Part shown: positions 24,648-37,739 of the stretch, piece by piece
Layout: every line of letters begins with the position of its first letter
Numbering within the stretch: the first letter of the stretch is position 1
NCBI RefSeq assembly: GCF_018350175.1
Contig: NC_058368.1
Location: 14,262,001 to 14,326,000, forward strand
Direction: 5' to 3'
Length of the DNA stretch: 64,000 nt
Origin: Felis catus
Taxonomy: Eukaryota
Program-made: the position numbers and the translations under genes
The notes under the pieces: model-generated
Databases searched by the model: none
Told to the model about the DNA's origin: nothing
Seen by the model: only the letters and a program-made list of their open reading frames with translations

Positions 24648-27600
24648 AGTTGGAAGACAGAAAATAAAATTATTCATAAAATTGACCTTGTTGACAAGAA
24701 TAATGTTGATAAAATTTCTATCAGTATTTTAAAAGAAGAAAAGAGAAAAGAATTTCAGGAAATGGTGCATATTTGTGTGTGTATATGTTTAAACACTTTT
24801 ATAGGTTGTAGATGAATGGATATTTTCCTCCATGTTTGGGATAGTGATGAAGGAGCCAGTCAGATAAGTATTGGGCTATGCTGTAATGGGCTGGTCATAT
24901 GAGAGACCCATCTGGAAAGATAAATCGAGCAAAAGGCCCAGGTGGTTTTTAGAACTAAGATAAAGATTGAAGAGGAAAGAGATTCTAATATCCAGGCCCT
25001 GCAAATATACTGATTGGGAAGGCTTGAGTGACTAACTGACTATAAGACACCAAAGACAGGGTCAGCAAATAAAAAGAAAACCAATGAGCATAATGAGTAT
25101 CAATTTTAAATGTTGATGTTAGGCTAGTACCTTGTTAACGAATCATTTGTCATGTTCTAAAGATTATTTAATTATCCTTAACTTTTATTAACTAAGTAGA
25201 TTTTTTTTCTACCTTTAGTAGAAATTACTAAGGGGCAAATTACATCTCTTAAGCATTAGTAGAATCCTTGACATATGTAAAGGTAGTACATGTCCAAAAG
25301 TGCCTGATATATAATCAAGAGAAATAATTTAATCACACAGTAGCTTAAAGCCTATTTTTTCTCAAGGCTCTCTTAACTTATGCTTCTTTACAAACCAGAG
25401 TATGTTAGCACCTACAACCTAGAATTGTAAAATGATTTTTAAGAGAGTACATACTCATTTTCAGTTGTACCCATTATGCAAATGGACTACCTTTTCTAGA
25501 GAGGTAAGAGTGTACTATTGTGCCATTCCCAAAGTTAACTTTGAACCCACTTGAAGATGACCAAACAGAATTTGGATGAAGATTTTATCTACTTTTTCTT
25601 GTACCCTTCTCTTTCAAAAATGTACTCCCTCCACTGTTCGCTCAAATATCTTATGTTTGAAACTCTGCATTGACGATACACATTTTCTTCTTCTAGCATT
25701 ATTTTTGTTCTTCACGTAAACCTTTTTGAGTCTTAACTGTTTGAAAAATTTTAGCAAGTTCTACAGTTTTATTAGACTTGGGTAAATTGAGATTGGCTTG
25801 AGTGTATTCCATATATTGTCCACAAAGTACTTCGTTTTGATTATTTACAATGTAAATTTTAAATATTTTTTGTTTTAACTTTATAATTTCATAATACCTG
25901 ATTTTTTTTGTTTTGCTTTTCTTTTATTTTAACCATTTTACGTCTGCCTAGTTAAAGAATACAAACCATATGTTCTGGGTTTACACCTTGAGGAAATTAG
26001 TATTTTCTTTTACTTAACATGTTAGTTGGAAATGTTTTATCTGTGATATGTGCTTAATACGATAAAATACCTTTTGATATTACCTGTTTCACTTTGAATG
26101 GGTAGGGACTGAATCCATTTATCTGGCTTTGTACAACTTAACCATAATGCCATGCACATACGGAAAGGGAATCTTAATAAATTACAGTTAACATGTATGA
26201 TTTACATCACTTCCCCATCCTTTCCGTTTTCTCATAATTTTCTTTAGAGATCAGTAGTAAATGTGATAGTATTTCATGTATAAAATAATTACTTTAATGT
26301 GAAAAAATTTTAATATAAATATATTTGCTAAACATGTATAGAAAATACATAATGTTTCTAAATGTAAAACATAAATATACTTACAAAATATATAACTTGA
26401 ATGCTTTCATTTTGGAAAATTATTTAAAGGCAAAATTATCCCATAGTAGTAACTCCCTCTGCTCATGTCCTCTAGATTCTTAATATCACTTTGAAATAAA
26501 ATACTAATAATATGACAATAAATACATACACTTTGTTTGCAACGTGTATTGATTTTTACTTTTTCTACTTTGAATCTTCCAGAGCATGAAGGATGACTTT
26601 GGGCAAAATTCCTGCTTTTAAAATTAGCAGGATTTTCATCTATATAGTTTGAGTTCAGAAATATTTAAGTCCTCTGTGTCCCCTAAATATTGCTATCACC
26701 CAGTCTGAAATTCTTTTGAAATGTCTTCTGTCATTCTCTGCTGTCATTTTTAGCTATTGATTAGCAAATAAAAGCATTTTACATATTAAATAACAATTCA
26801 CTCTATAAATTTCTGTCTCTACTTAAATGCAAATATTTAGAGTAACTTAGAATAACTCCAGGACAATCTGTGAAAGTAGATCCAAATAACTGAGAAACCC
26901 AGGAGGTAATGCTGGACTAGTTAAAATTGAGAACAAAGTGAAAAGTAATAGATATTTCCTACAGCATAAAAAAGTTTAACTCAATTTCTTGATTAACTAG
27001 ACTAAACCGTTCTTGATAACAATGACTAACCAATAAGACAAGTAAACCCGTATTTCATTTGATCATTTTATTTTCTAAACCTTTGTTTAAAAATAGATTG
27101 AGCTTTCTTTATGATTGTTGATAAATGTGCCTGTACTGAGCTTATAGCAGAAGATCAATGTTTTAAAAATTGAAACAGTATAGGTTTGTATTGATTAATG
27201 TGGCTAAATCAAAACGAGAGGTTTTGTAACGGCTTTCTTAGACAGGCTACTCCCCAGTAATGGCAACCTATCAATTTTAGCTTTCTACTGATAAATCAAC
27301 TTGAAAATTGGATGTCAAATTTTTTTTCACTGAAGGAGTGATTTTTCCATGCCCTTTAACCTTTTCTGATATATTAGATTGGTTTATAAGACTAAGCTCT
27401 ATCTCACAAAAAGCAGTTGTCAAATTGACACTTGGATAGATTTTCAAATGACTATTACACCTATTTTTATCCATGTATATAAAATAAATGTATGTACAAT
27501 TATCTATGATTCACCTCTGTAACTGCAAGTATTGTTTATCTTGAGAAAAATTCAGTTGCATGTTATAAAATTGTGGATTGTTCTGGTTATGGATTTAGAA

Positions 27601-30600
27601 GTTCAAAGGTCAGAGCCTCAACTAGAAAATTAGGAAACATGCTTCCAGAAGTACTTAGGTTTTCGCTGAGTAGGGACACTGATTGTTTTTACCTTATGAA
27701 ATGATTTTTTTTCTTTTCTTTTTTTTCTCCTTCAAAAATACCAATGGGTTAATTAAAAGCAGTTCTCCAGTGTTATTATATGGTCAGTAGTAACTTGGTA
27801 TGTTTTAGTAACAAAAAACAAACACAAAACCTGACAACACTTTATTTCCAAGGAACCAGTATTGAGGACTTGAAATAACACTGAGAAAGATTTGATTAAC
27901 AGCACCGAAGAACAGGCTTAATTTGGATTTAATGGGGTAGACTTCAGTGACAGTCTACAGTGCCATACCTTCATGCCTATATAGCCGAGTTTAAGTTAGC
28001 CTGAGAAGGTATTGATTGTGAAGTTTCTGTTGTATAATTACTTTTTGCTAAGGGGGGAAAAAAAAACATGGTGTATTGATCTAGATGGGAGCATTTGAGT
28101 AGCAGTTTCCCTTGGCTAACAGTGAGTGTCATCTTTCAGCCATGATAAATTGTAACATTCTGGCTCAGCATAATTGCTTTGTGGTGAAATGAACCTCCTA
28201 TACCCTTCTCCTTTTCCCATCAAGGAGATATAGTAATCATCTTTATCTCGAAGCCATGATTTACTGAACTAATCATCCTCTTAATAGAGGAAAATCTTTC
28301 CCCCAGAGTATGTCCAGTTTTTGCTAACTGAAACAAATGCATTATGAAACAACGGAATTTTTTTTTTAATTTCAGAATCCACAAGTATGCATCTTTTTGA
28401 TCAACTGTCAATTATTCCTGACCAACCTTTTATCCATCTCTCCATTCCCAGCCTATTAAGTAGGCTTTGATCTTCCATTGAATGCAAATTTGAATGTAAA
28501 AAATGTAATTTGAATGTAAAAAAGAAATGATAGAAATTGGTGGAATCTTCTGCCCTTTATCTTGACAATAGGTGGAATCCATAAATTAAAGTTCAGGGTT
28601 TTTTTTGAAATTTACTACATTTGGCAAATATAGAACTTTACTTTATTTAGTTAAAACGTATTTTAGAAAACTTTTCTCTGGGTATAACAATTTTTTTTTT
28701 ACAATTTTAAGTATTAAGCATTTCTGTTTTTTAGATTTTTTTTCCTGTGATGCTGATCTCCATTAAAAGGCAAATAAGATGCCTTGAATGTGAAAACCAT
28801 ACATTTCTTACCAATTCTGGCAAACTGAGATAATTTGTATTAGTTGTTAGCTTTTTGTTTAATGTGTTATCAATTTTTCATTAAGCCCATGTTATATTTT
28901 GCTGAAAATAGATCGGTGAATACTTGCCAGTGCTTTAATATTGCCCCTGGGTAATGACTTTTAGTTAAGTAATGTTATTTAAAGAATATCTGGCAGTCAT
29001 TTTAGATCATTTTAAGACTGCTGTGCGGGGTTTGGATAAAGGTCATTTTCAATGATTGTGCTTAGTTAAATAAATGTGAAAGGTTTCACAAAGGGGATCT
29101 TGCTTTTCAGTGTGCTGTCATAAATTTCCTCTTAGCACATCTGGGAATACCAAGTAAAATGTAGTTGTTTCTGCCTTGAAGGCAGTATATTTTGTATTTT
29201 CCTTCTCTTTGTTTATTTTCTCCCCATAATTCTGTTTATTCCCACAACTGAGCACAAAGGTTTCATTTTATCATAAATTGTATTCACCACTTTTGACAGT
29301 TTGTGGAAACCCTTGTATGTATTTCTCCAAACGTTTAGAAAGAGTAGTTTTTTTGCTAAAAAGTCTTAAAAAGTATTACTTTTTTTTTTTTTAAACAATC
29401 CCCCTCTAATGTAACCCTGGTTCACAGTTTGCTCCCACTCTGGCCACAGCTGGCCTCTTGCTGTTCACAGCTGAAAAGTGAAATCAATGCTTGGTCTAAC
29501 AAAATGCAGATGAAAGCCATTCTGATCATATATAGTCATTTCCCGTAACTTTATCAGCCTTCAGTTACTTATGTGATCTCTGGAAATCATTGTTTATTCA
29601 AGTAAACACAGCCCCAACTTCTGTGTTGAGATGTGCTGTCTTCTAGGAAAATAATACTTCCTTAAAGCCATAAGCATTGTGAACAGCTCATCATTATAGT
29701 TTTCTAAAACAGCTATTCCTTTTGTTCCCCTGCAGGAAATATTACAAATCTAATCAAATCATTTATCACTTGAATTCTGGAAATTTAAACTCTGAGCAAA
29801 GATGTCTCTTTGTTCTTAATGTTAACACAATCTAAAATTCTGAAACAGAAAATACTAAAATACCTCAATCCAAATTAGAATTGATCTAGTATTTTCTTGA
29901 ATATTTATTTGAACAAGATTGGATGGAAAGCTGTATTGCAGCTGAATGCTTCAAAGGTCACAGAACTACAATGAGTTTGATGGAAAACAGCCTTTCTCCT
30001 TCCTATTTTAAATGGTTCCTACTTTGATTACAAGCATTTATTATAATTATCAAGAGATTAGGCTGTTGTTATAGAATCCTTGTAATGGACCCATTTAGAA
30101 GGAATATAATGGCAGTTTATTGGATTCTGCCAAAGAAAAGAGCACAGATAAAGTGGTCCTTTTTTGTAAATGGTTCAACTGCTAGCTAAGTATACTAATT
30201 TTATTATTCTATCTCAGTTCATTTGCTTCAGTAGTTTATGTGACTAAGGATATAGTTTTTTCTAACAAATAACCTGCCCTTTAGTCTTTTCTATGATTTA
30301 TTTTTTTGTAGGGCTTCTGTATATATTCGTTGTGTGTGTTTTCTGAAGGCAGAAGGTCCACAAACAAGGAGCACTCAGTACTCTGATTCATCGTCTTTGT
30401 TCTAGAATTTACATTTGTACCATTATCTTTCCTGATAAGACTTTTGCTATTATATTTTTATTTTTAAAACTTATTGGGGTATAGGATGAGTCCATTCATT
30501 TGTCACATCTAATTCATGTGTACTTATTCTTCTAGCTTAAGTGAAACGGGCCCAATGAAATAAATTCCCAGGAAGTTGACCAACGTCAGATCTATTCAGT

Positions 30601-31206
30601 GCTAATATCTTTTCTATCAAAATCATTACGTTTAGCACTCAGGTTAGATATGTGCTGGGTCTTTTGTAATTTCTCAAAAACAAAGATATGGACGTTATTA
30701 ACAGTACTCTTTCTTTTGAGACTTACTTATTTGAGGCCACACACAAGAAAATGCAAGATACAGTATTTTAAGAACTACTAAATTCAGTGAAGTGAATTTT
30801 CCTTTTTTCCCCCAGTCTAGCAACTAGTGAATCTGCAATGTTTGCTAAACTACTAGAATAAACAAATAATTAGGGAATCCATGCCCACAGAAAAAAGGAA
30901 TTAAGGCATTAAATATTACCTGTCCTGTCAGAGGGGCAGGCGGGGGCGGGGGGCGAGGGGGGGGGTTGTTGGAGGGAGTGGGTCACAGGCTGAAGTTCAG
31001 GAAGAATGGTTCTTGTGAAGCAAGGGTCTGGGGTGGGGGATGGTAATGCTATTTTAGAGATTATAAACTTCCTGAAAACCAAGATCACCTAGTAAGTACC
31101 TTGTGCTGATAGGTATCTTGGGTGTAGTGGGTCCTTAAGGATTTTTTTAGAAAGTTGTTTTTTGAATCAGAGTAGCAAAGGAAGCACCATTTTAAATCAT
31201 AGATTT

Positions 31207-31207
<1 letters not shown>

Positions 31208-31264
<57 letters not shown>
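31208..31264. repeat. (TA)n(CA)n compound microsatellite
   Basis: Directly visible. Confidence 0.95.
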
Positions 31265-31266
<2 letters not shown>

Positions 31267-33510
31267 AAGAGTGTCAAATCGTATTATCTCTACTCCTGCA
31301 TATTTTGTGGTATCAGTGTTCATACTGTTATTTTGTTGATGTTGTTGATATAAGTGCCTAATTGAGTAGGAGCAGTGATTTTATTCCTACAACTTACCTG
31401 AAGTTGTTTTTTTTTTTTTACCTGAAGTCTTAAATCACTTTTCATATACCATAAGAAAGCTTTACGTGTAATTCAAATGTTTCTAGAGATAATAGAACAC
31501 CCTTTCACAATGTGCTTTGTAAGTGTAAGGGTGTACCTAGCCTTCTTTTCTTCATAAATGAGTTTCATATATGTTGTACATATCAGGGGATGTGAAATTG
31601 CAGTTATGCCAGTTAACATAGATGTGAAGAGAGTGATATAAAAAGGAGAAACATAATTTAGAAAGGCTCTGAATAATGAGGAGAGTTAAAACATGCACAA
31701 AATCACTATGCATTCTACAGATCTACACTATGTTATTTAATTCCATATTAATTTAATACTAAGCTTTGCTTGAAATAATATAATATGTATATATATTTGA
31801 ATTGTGGAAATGTGGAACATGAAGAGATTTCAAAGGGGAAATTTCTGTTCTCATCATAATTCCTGTAAGAACTACACCTAAAACGTTCAAAAAAGTGAAA
31901 TCAGAAACTTTGCACATGTGGGTTGAAGACTATCTGTCATAGCTTGTCAGACTAGGTCATCAGGAAGTTGTTTCTTAATTCTTACTATATCTTCAAACAT
32001 GATTATGTATGTTAGTTTTGTAAATTAATTTTTATATGTGAATTTAGTTTTTCCTCAGATATCAAGCATATAATGCTGCTTTCATTAGTATGACTGTAGT
32101 CATAGTTAGTACTAGAATCTGTACACAGGAGAGATTTAAGAATGATAGCAGGTAGGAGGCATCACAAGCACACTGTTTTTCTGTGATGTTATAGGACAAA
32201 TCAAAAAAATAAACTTTTCCACAAGTGCCATTATTCATATTTTATATGCAATATGTTTTATCAGTGTTATCTAGAGGAACCTGAAGAGGCTAATAAGATT
32301 ATGATCTCATCATTTTTGAAAATGAAAGCAAAAAAAGTTTAAGCTTACCTGCTAGGATTGTAGTATGGCAACTGAGTAATATTATTGGAAAATAAAATAA
32401 TGAAATTTTGTGTTCACTTAGCATTTGTGCCAAATGTGAATACGAGTTTCACTTCTAGGATTTGTTACCGATCGAATCGTCTTGAAGCTCTGAAAACCAT
32501 AAATTTTTTCATATGTCTTTGTCATATTGGGTGACAGAACTAAATTTAAACCAATATGTGGCTATTTGTTGTTATCCCATTTAGTATAAATATTTGTGCA
32601 TTTCCTTGCAGAAATATTAATTTATTAGATTGGAGAGTAGTAACTCAAACACTACTAGGAGTGATCCATAATATAAAGCACCATACTATTTTTCTAACAT
32701 CTGAAAAATTATGGTTTGTAAAACATATTCAATCCCAAGGGTTTTAGATAAGAAGCATACTAACAATAAAAATAGCAGATCAAAGTTGCCATGAGACCTG
32801 GAGAGATCTGAAGGTAAGTAAGAAAGTCAGGTATTTAGATACATGGAATTTTCTTTACCCTACATAATTTCATAGTAAGAATGGTAATCTTGCCTAGAAC
32901 CAAAGGTATTTTGAGACACACAATTAAAAACTCAGTAGAGTCAGCAATATTCAAAAGAGATCCAAATAGGGTACATTGTGATTGTTAATGACCTTTTAGG
33001 TCACAGATGAACATTTCATTAATTGTTTCCTGATATATTGGTTGACTCTCCAGAGCTAGTACTTCTAGCTAGCTGGGACTTTGGCTAAGTCCAAATTCAG
33101 TAATTATAATCCACATTCTTTCTGAGAAGCTATTTCTTTACAACCTCCCTAAACTAGCCCTACCACTGTGACTGGTTTCAAATTGTACTTAATCAGTGTA
33201 AGTTGTCCAGTTATCCTAAAGTTGAAGGCTAGCGACTGCAACAGATGACAACCCAATGCAGTACCTTAGAGAGTTAAACTGAAGCAGTAGTAGAAGCTTC
33301 CTCTTAAAACATATTCTTTAGCACATTAAAAAAAAAAGATTTTGAAAATTCTACTGATAGCCTCCTAAACTTGAAATTGAAGACTTCCCCTGGATTTCAC
33401 TTTCATCCTATCTGAAATGACTATAAATGCAGTGCTCTAAAATTAGTAATTATATATTATATATCATAGAATAAGTAATAAATGATAGCAAGTTCATTAT
33501 CAAATTTTTC

Positions 33511-33547
33511 AAAGAACTTTTTATATTTAAGTTTATTATCTTTGAGA

Positions 33548-33583
<36 letters not shown>

Positions 33584-33786
33584 CAGAGACAGAGAGAGAG
33601 AGAGAAAGAGAGCAGGGGAGGAGCAGAGAGAGAGAAGGAGACAGAAAGAATCCCAAACATGCCCCCTGCACTGTCAGCATGGAGCCAGGAGGGGGGTGGG
33701 GGGAGCTTGAACTCATGAACCAGGAGATCGTGATCTGAGCTGAAATCAAGATTCAGACACTTAAGCGACAGAACCACCAGGCATCC
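33511..33786 (-). mobile_element. CanSINE inserted into the TSD/tail of an older SINE
   Basis: Reverse-complement body with (GAGACA)n; atcaaa(t/c)tttt repeated at 33499 and 33787. Confidence 0.9.
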
Positions 33787-33816
33787 ATCAAACTTTTTAA
33801 AAAAATATTTAATTTT

Positions 33817-33945
33817 AGGTGGATGATGGGTATTGAGGAGGGCACCTTTTGGGATGAGCACTGGGAGTTGTATGGAAACCAATTTGACAATAAACTTCAT
33901 ATATTGAAAAAATAAAAAAAACCAAAAAACAAAAATAAAGAACAA
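33817..33945 (+). mobile_element. Extremely 5'-truncated felid L1 3'UTR end with A-tail
   Basis: gatgggtattgaggagggcaccttttgggatgagcactgggagttgtatggaaaccaatttgacaataaa followed by an A-rich tail. Confidence 0.9.
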
Positions 33946-34039
33946 CTTTAAAATAAAGCTCAAAGTAAGATGAGCTCACCAAAATAATTAGCATCTAAAT
34001 TTATTATTTTAAATGCCTTTGTTAAAAAAAAATAATTTT

Positions 34040-34185
34040 GAGAGACAGAAAACACGCATGCTCAGGGGAGGGGACAGAGAGAAGAGAACTGTCAGGACAG
34101 TGCCTGACACTGGGCTCCATCCCACACCCAGAAGATCTGAAATCAAGTGTCCAAGGGTTAACTGACTGAGCCACCCAGGCGCCCC
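34040..34185 (-). mobile_element. Degenerate CanSINE body (its tail lies at about 33798-33816)
   Basis: actgactgagccacccaggcgcccc end; outer TSD ttcattatcaaa(t/c)ttt at 33493-33508 and 34186-34201. Confidence 0.85.
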
Positions 34186-35700
34186 TTCATTATCAAACTT
34201 TTAATTAAAATCCTTTGGTATGGATTTTTCTTTGAAGTTTGTTTGGTAAAAGTCAAAGCATCATTGAAACATTCATTTGTTTTCGAAAAATTTCTGGTTA
34301 TTCTATTTAGGTAATTTAAATTGAGAGGACTTTTTAAGCAGATCTTCTAAATGTAGGGAAATAGCACATCTTGCCCTTCTAAAAAGGAAAAGATTATTCA
34401 TTGAATTTGTGTATAAGTCTGTATAAAGCCAAGGAGTGGAAAATTGAATCCAAAAAAAGTTCTAATTATTTGCTATCTTGCTCCCTCTCACTGATGGATT
34501 GGTCTATCTCCACCATAACTTCAGTGGAACACTAAACAGATCTGAAATCACCGCTTTTAGGAACAGAAACTTCTATGTTTCTTTATCTTTGAAGAAAACG
34601 ATTGTCTCTTCAAGATAAAAGGCAGATGTAATTCTCCTCTTCTTTCCCTCCTTTCCTCTCTCTCTTTCCTTTTTTATACTCTTACAGTAGAGTATATTTA
34701 TGATCATTGATGAAAATTTATGTCACCATAAAGGTGTAATACTGTAAAACCTTGAGATTTTATTTAGTTATAAAGATTTTCCAAATCAAATGAAGTGATT
34801 CAATACCAGTTTACCAACAAATTCAGAGAATTAATATAAACTTATTTTTCTTGCTATAGAAGCAAGAAAGAACTCCAATTACCAAAGCTCATTGTGAAAT
34901 TGGACATTTTTTGTGCTAATTATTCTAGATACTGATATCTCCTCCACATGACATATGCATATACACACATAGAACAAAAACTCAGTTCTTGGGAGATTTG
35001 CAAATCTGTGCTAGACTCCAGGCTAGCTAGTTTAACAAATTCTCTGCCAGATAATAATCTGTGATTTCTGCTCTCACCTTTATTATTTTCTTTTTTCTAC
35101 TTGTATAGGTTTACTTTGCTCTTAGTTTTCTAGTTTTTTTTTTTTGAGATGCAAACGTAGGTATTGATGTTCTAATGTATCTTTTCTTTCTTTTCTAATG
35201 TAAGTATTTAAAGCTATAAATTTCTTTCAATGATTGCATTAGCAGGATCTCACATTCCTTTTACTTTCATAATCATCAAGTTTGAAATCTCTTCTTTATT
35301 TCTTTAATAATTTATGTTATTAAGTGTGTGGATTAATTTACAAATATTTGGGGTGTTCATAGATCTTACTATCATTCCATTGTAGTCAAAGGACATAGTC
35401 TATATAATTTGTTATTTTAAATGTAAAGGTTGCTTTATGACCATTTACATATGGCATATTTTGGTAGATATAACATGTGCATTTGGAAATAGTGTGCATT
35501 CTTTAGTCATTGAGCATAATGTTCTATAAACTTCAACTAGGTCAAAGTGGTTGATAATATGGTTCAGATGGTCTATATGTCTTTAGTGATTTTTTTTGGT
35601 CTACTCATTCTATCTACTGAAAGAGAGGTATTAAAATTTCCTGACATTATTATGGGATTATCTATTTCTCCCTTTAATTCTGTCAATTTTGCTTCACATA

Positions 35701-36161
35701 CAGGCAAACCTCATTGTATTGTGCTCTGCTTGATTGTGTTTCATAGATACTGCATTGTTTACAAATTGCAGGTTTATGGAAACCCTGAACCCGGCAAGTC
35801 CGTTGGCACCATTTTTCCAACATTTGCTCACTTTGTGCCTCTGTGTCACATTTTGGTAATTCTCACAATATTTCAAGATTTTTCATTATTATATATTTTT
35901 TGGTTATCTGTGACCAATGATTATGACTCACTCAAAGCTCAAATGATGGTTAGCATTTTTGAGCAATAATATACCTTTTAATTAAGGTATGTACATATTC
36001 TTAAGCATAATGCTATTGCACACTACATAAACTACAGTATAATGTAAACAGAATTTATATTCACTGGGAAACCAAAAAATTCATTTGACTCACTTTATTG
36101 CAATACTCACTTTACTGAAGTAATATGCAACTAAACCCACAGTGATTCTGAGGTATACCTA
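35701..36161 (+). mobile_element. Internally deleted Tigger1 (TcMar) DNA transposon
   Basis: TIRs caggcaaacctc and gaggtataccta, TA target sites at 35699-35700 and 36162-36163; both ends match recalled Tigger1 termini, joined near 35920. Confidence 0.9.
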
Positions 36162-36279
36162 TATTTTGAGGTTCTGATACTAGCTAACTATGTGTGAATA
36201 TTATGTATTCTTGACGAATTGACCCCTTTACCAAGATTAAATATCCCTCTCTACTGCAGGTAATATTCCTTGTTGTAAA

Positions 36280-36482
36280 TTTTTTTTCAGTTTTTTTTTT
36301 TTTGAGAGAGAGACAGAGAGTGTGAGCAGGGGAAGGGCAGAGAGAGAATGAGAGTCTCAAGTAGGCTCTACACTGTCAGCACAGAGCCCAATATGGGGCT
36401 TGAACTCACAAACCATGAGATCATGACCTGAGCCAAAACCAAGAGTCAGATGCTTAACCGACTGAGCCACCCAGGTGCCACC
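36280..36482 (-). mobile_element. CanSINE
   Basis: TSD ccttgtt(g/t)taaa. Confidence 0.93.
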
Positions 36483-36560
36483 CCTTGTTTTAAAGTATAC
36501 TTTGCCCAATGATAATGTAGCCACTCCAGTTTCTTATACGTATTGTTGATAGATATAGCT

Positions 36561-36599
<39 letters not shown>

Positions 36600-36620
36600 T
36601 ACAGATATAGATATAGATGA
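36561..36620. repeat. (GA)n(GACA)n(GATATA)n compound microsatellite
   Basis: Directly visible. Confidence 0.9.
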
Positions 36621-36867
36621 TATGGCTTCTTTCTATTCATTTACTTTCAACCCAGCCATGTCTTTATATTTTTGATGCATGTCTTGTACACTAGTACACT
36701 AGTTGGGTACTGCTTTTTAATCCACTTTTTTCTCTGCCCTCCAGTTGGAATAGTCTATTAATATTTAATGTAATTGTTGATATGGTTGGGTTTAGCTCTA
36801 TAGTTTTAATGGTTGTTTTTCATATGTCTCCTCTGTTTTGATTTATTCCCCTTCTCTTCTTTTGGAC

Positions 36868-37105
36868 TATTTGAATATTTTACATAATTCCATTTTAATT
36901 TATATATCATCTTTCTAGCTATACCTCTTTGCATTATATTTGTTTTAGTTTGACTGCTTTTAGCTTTTATTTGAATATTTTATTTTGAATATATATATTT
37001 TATTTGAATATTTTACATAATTCCATTTTAATTTATATATCATCTTTCTAGCTATACCTCTTTGCATTATATTTGTTTTAATTTGACTCCTTTTAGCTTT
37101 TATTT
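36868..37105. repeat. 105-bp near-tandem duplication with 28-bp spacer
   Basis: 36868-36972 versus 37001-37105, 2 mismatches. Confidence 0.95.
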
Positions 37106-37739
37106 ACCATATTCCAGAAACTGCAAATGTTATGTGATGGAGACTGGATTCTGATACATTTCTCCAAGGAGTGTCGATTCTTGTTTTAGCAGGCAGTTAA
37201 CTAGGTTAGACACAAATTGTAAACTCCATCACACGTATAGTGAGTTGTGGCTCAGATTTTTCTTCAGATTGTTTTTGTCTGTCCTACTCAAGTATGGCTC
37301 AAGATCCAGCAAGAGACTTGAATAGAATTTAAACATAGAATTTGCCATTCCCCTTCTCAGGCACTCTTTTCTGTGGTTCCCACTTTACTCTTCAGCATCC
37401 CTGTTTACCTCAACCTCCTTCCCCTTGTTTCTCTGTCCAGAAGTAGGCTTTCTATCAGAGTTTTAGTCACTTCGTACCATTGTCCTTACTGTAGCCGTCC
37501 TCAAGACAAACTCTCAAAAATGAATAACTATCCCTGTGTTGATCACTTCCTCGAGTTTTAATTCCCCTCCCAAATCATACTGCTTTTGTTTACTCTCCGT
37601 AGCTCTCAGGTTATTTCTGCTTTGCTTAGATTTTATAGTGGTTATCTTTGGAATATTCAGTTTGTTAAGAGCTTACTCCCTAAACTAGAAGCAGAACTCC
37701 AGATAGGAGTGATTTTTCATTTCTTTATTTTTCTCACCA

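Larger units (their letters stand above)
35050..37700 (-). mobile_element. Ancient L1 (endonuclease-region and 5' remnants) hosting a Tigger1 and a SINE
   Basis: aaagctataaatttc; gttctataaacttcaactaggtcaaagtggttgata; actgaaagagaggtattaaaatttcc; tgaccccttta. The distal boundary is uncertain. Confidence 0.7.
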
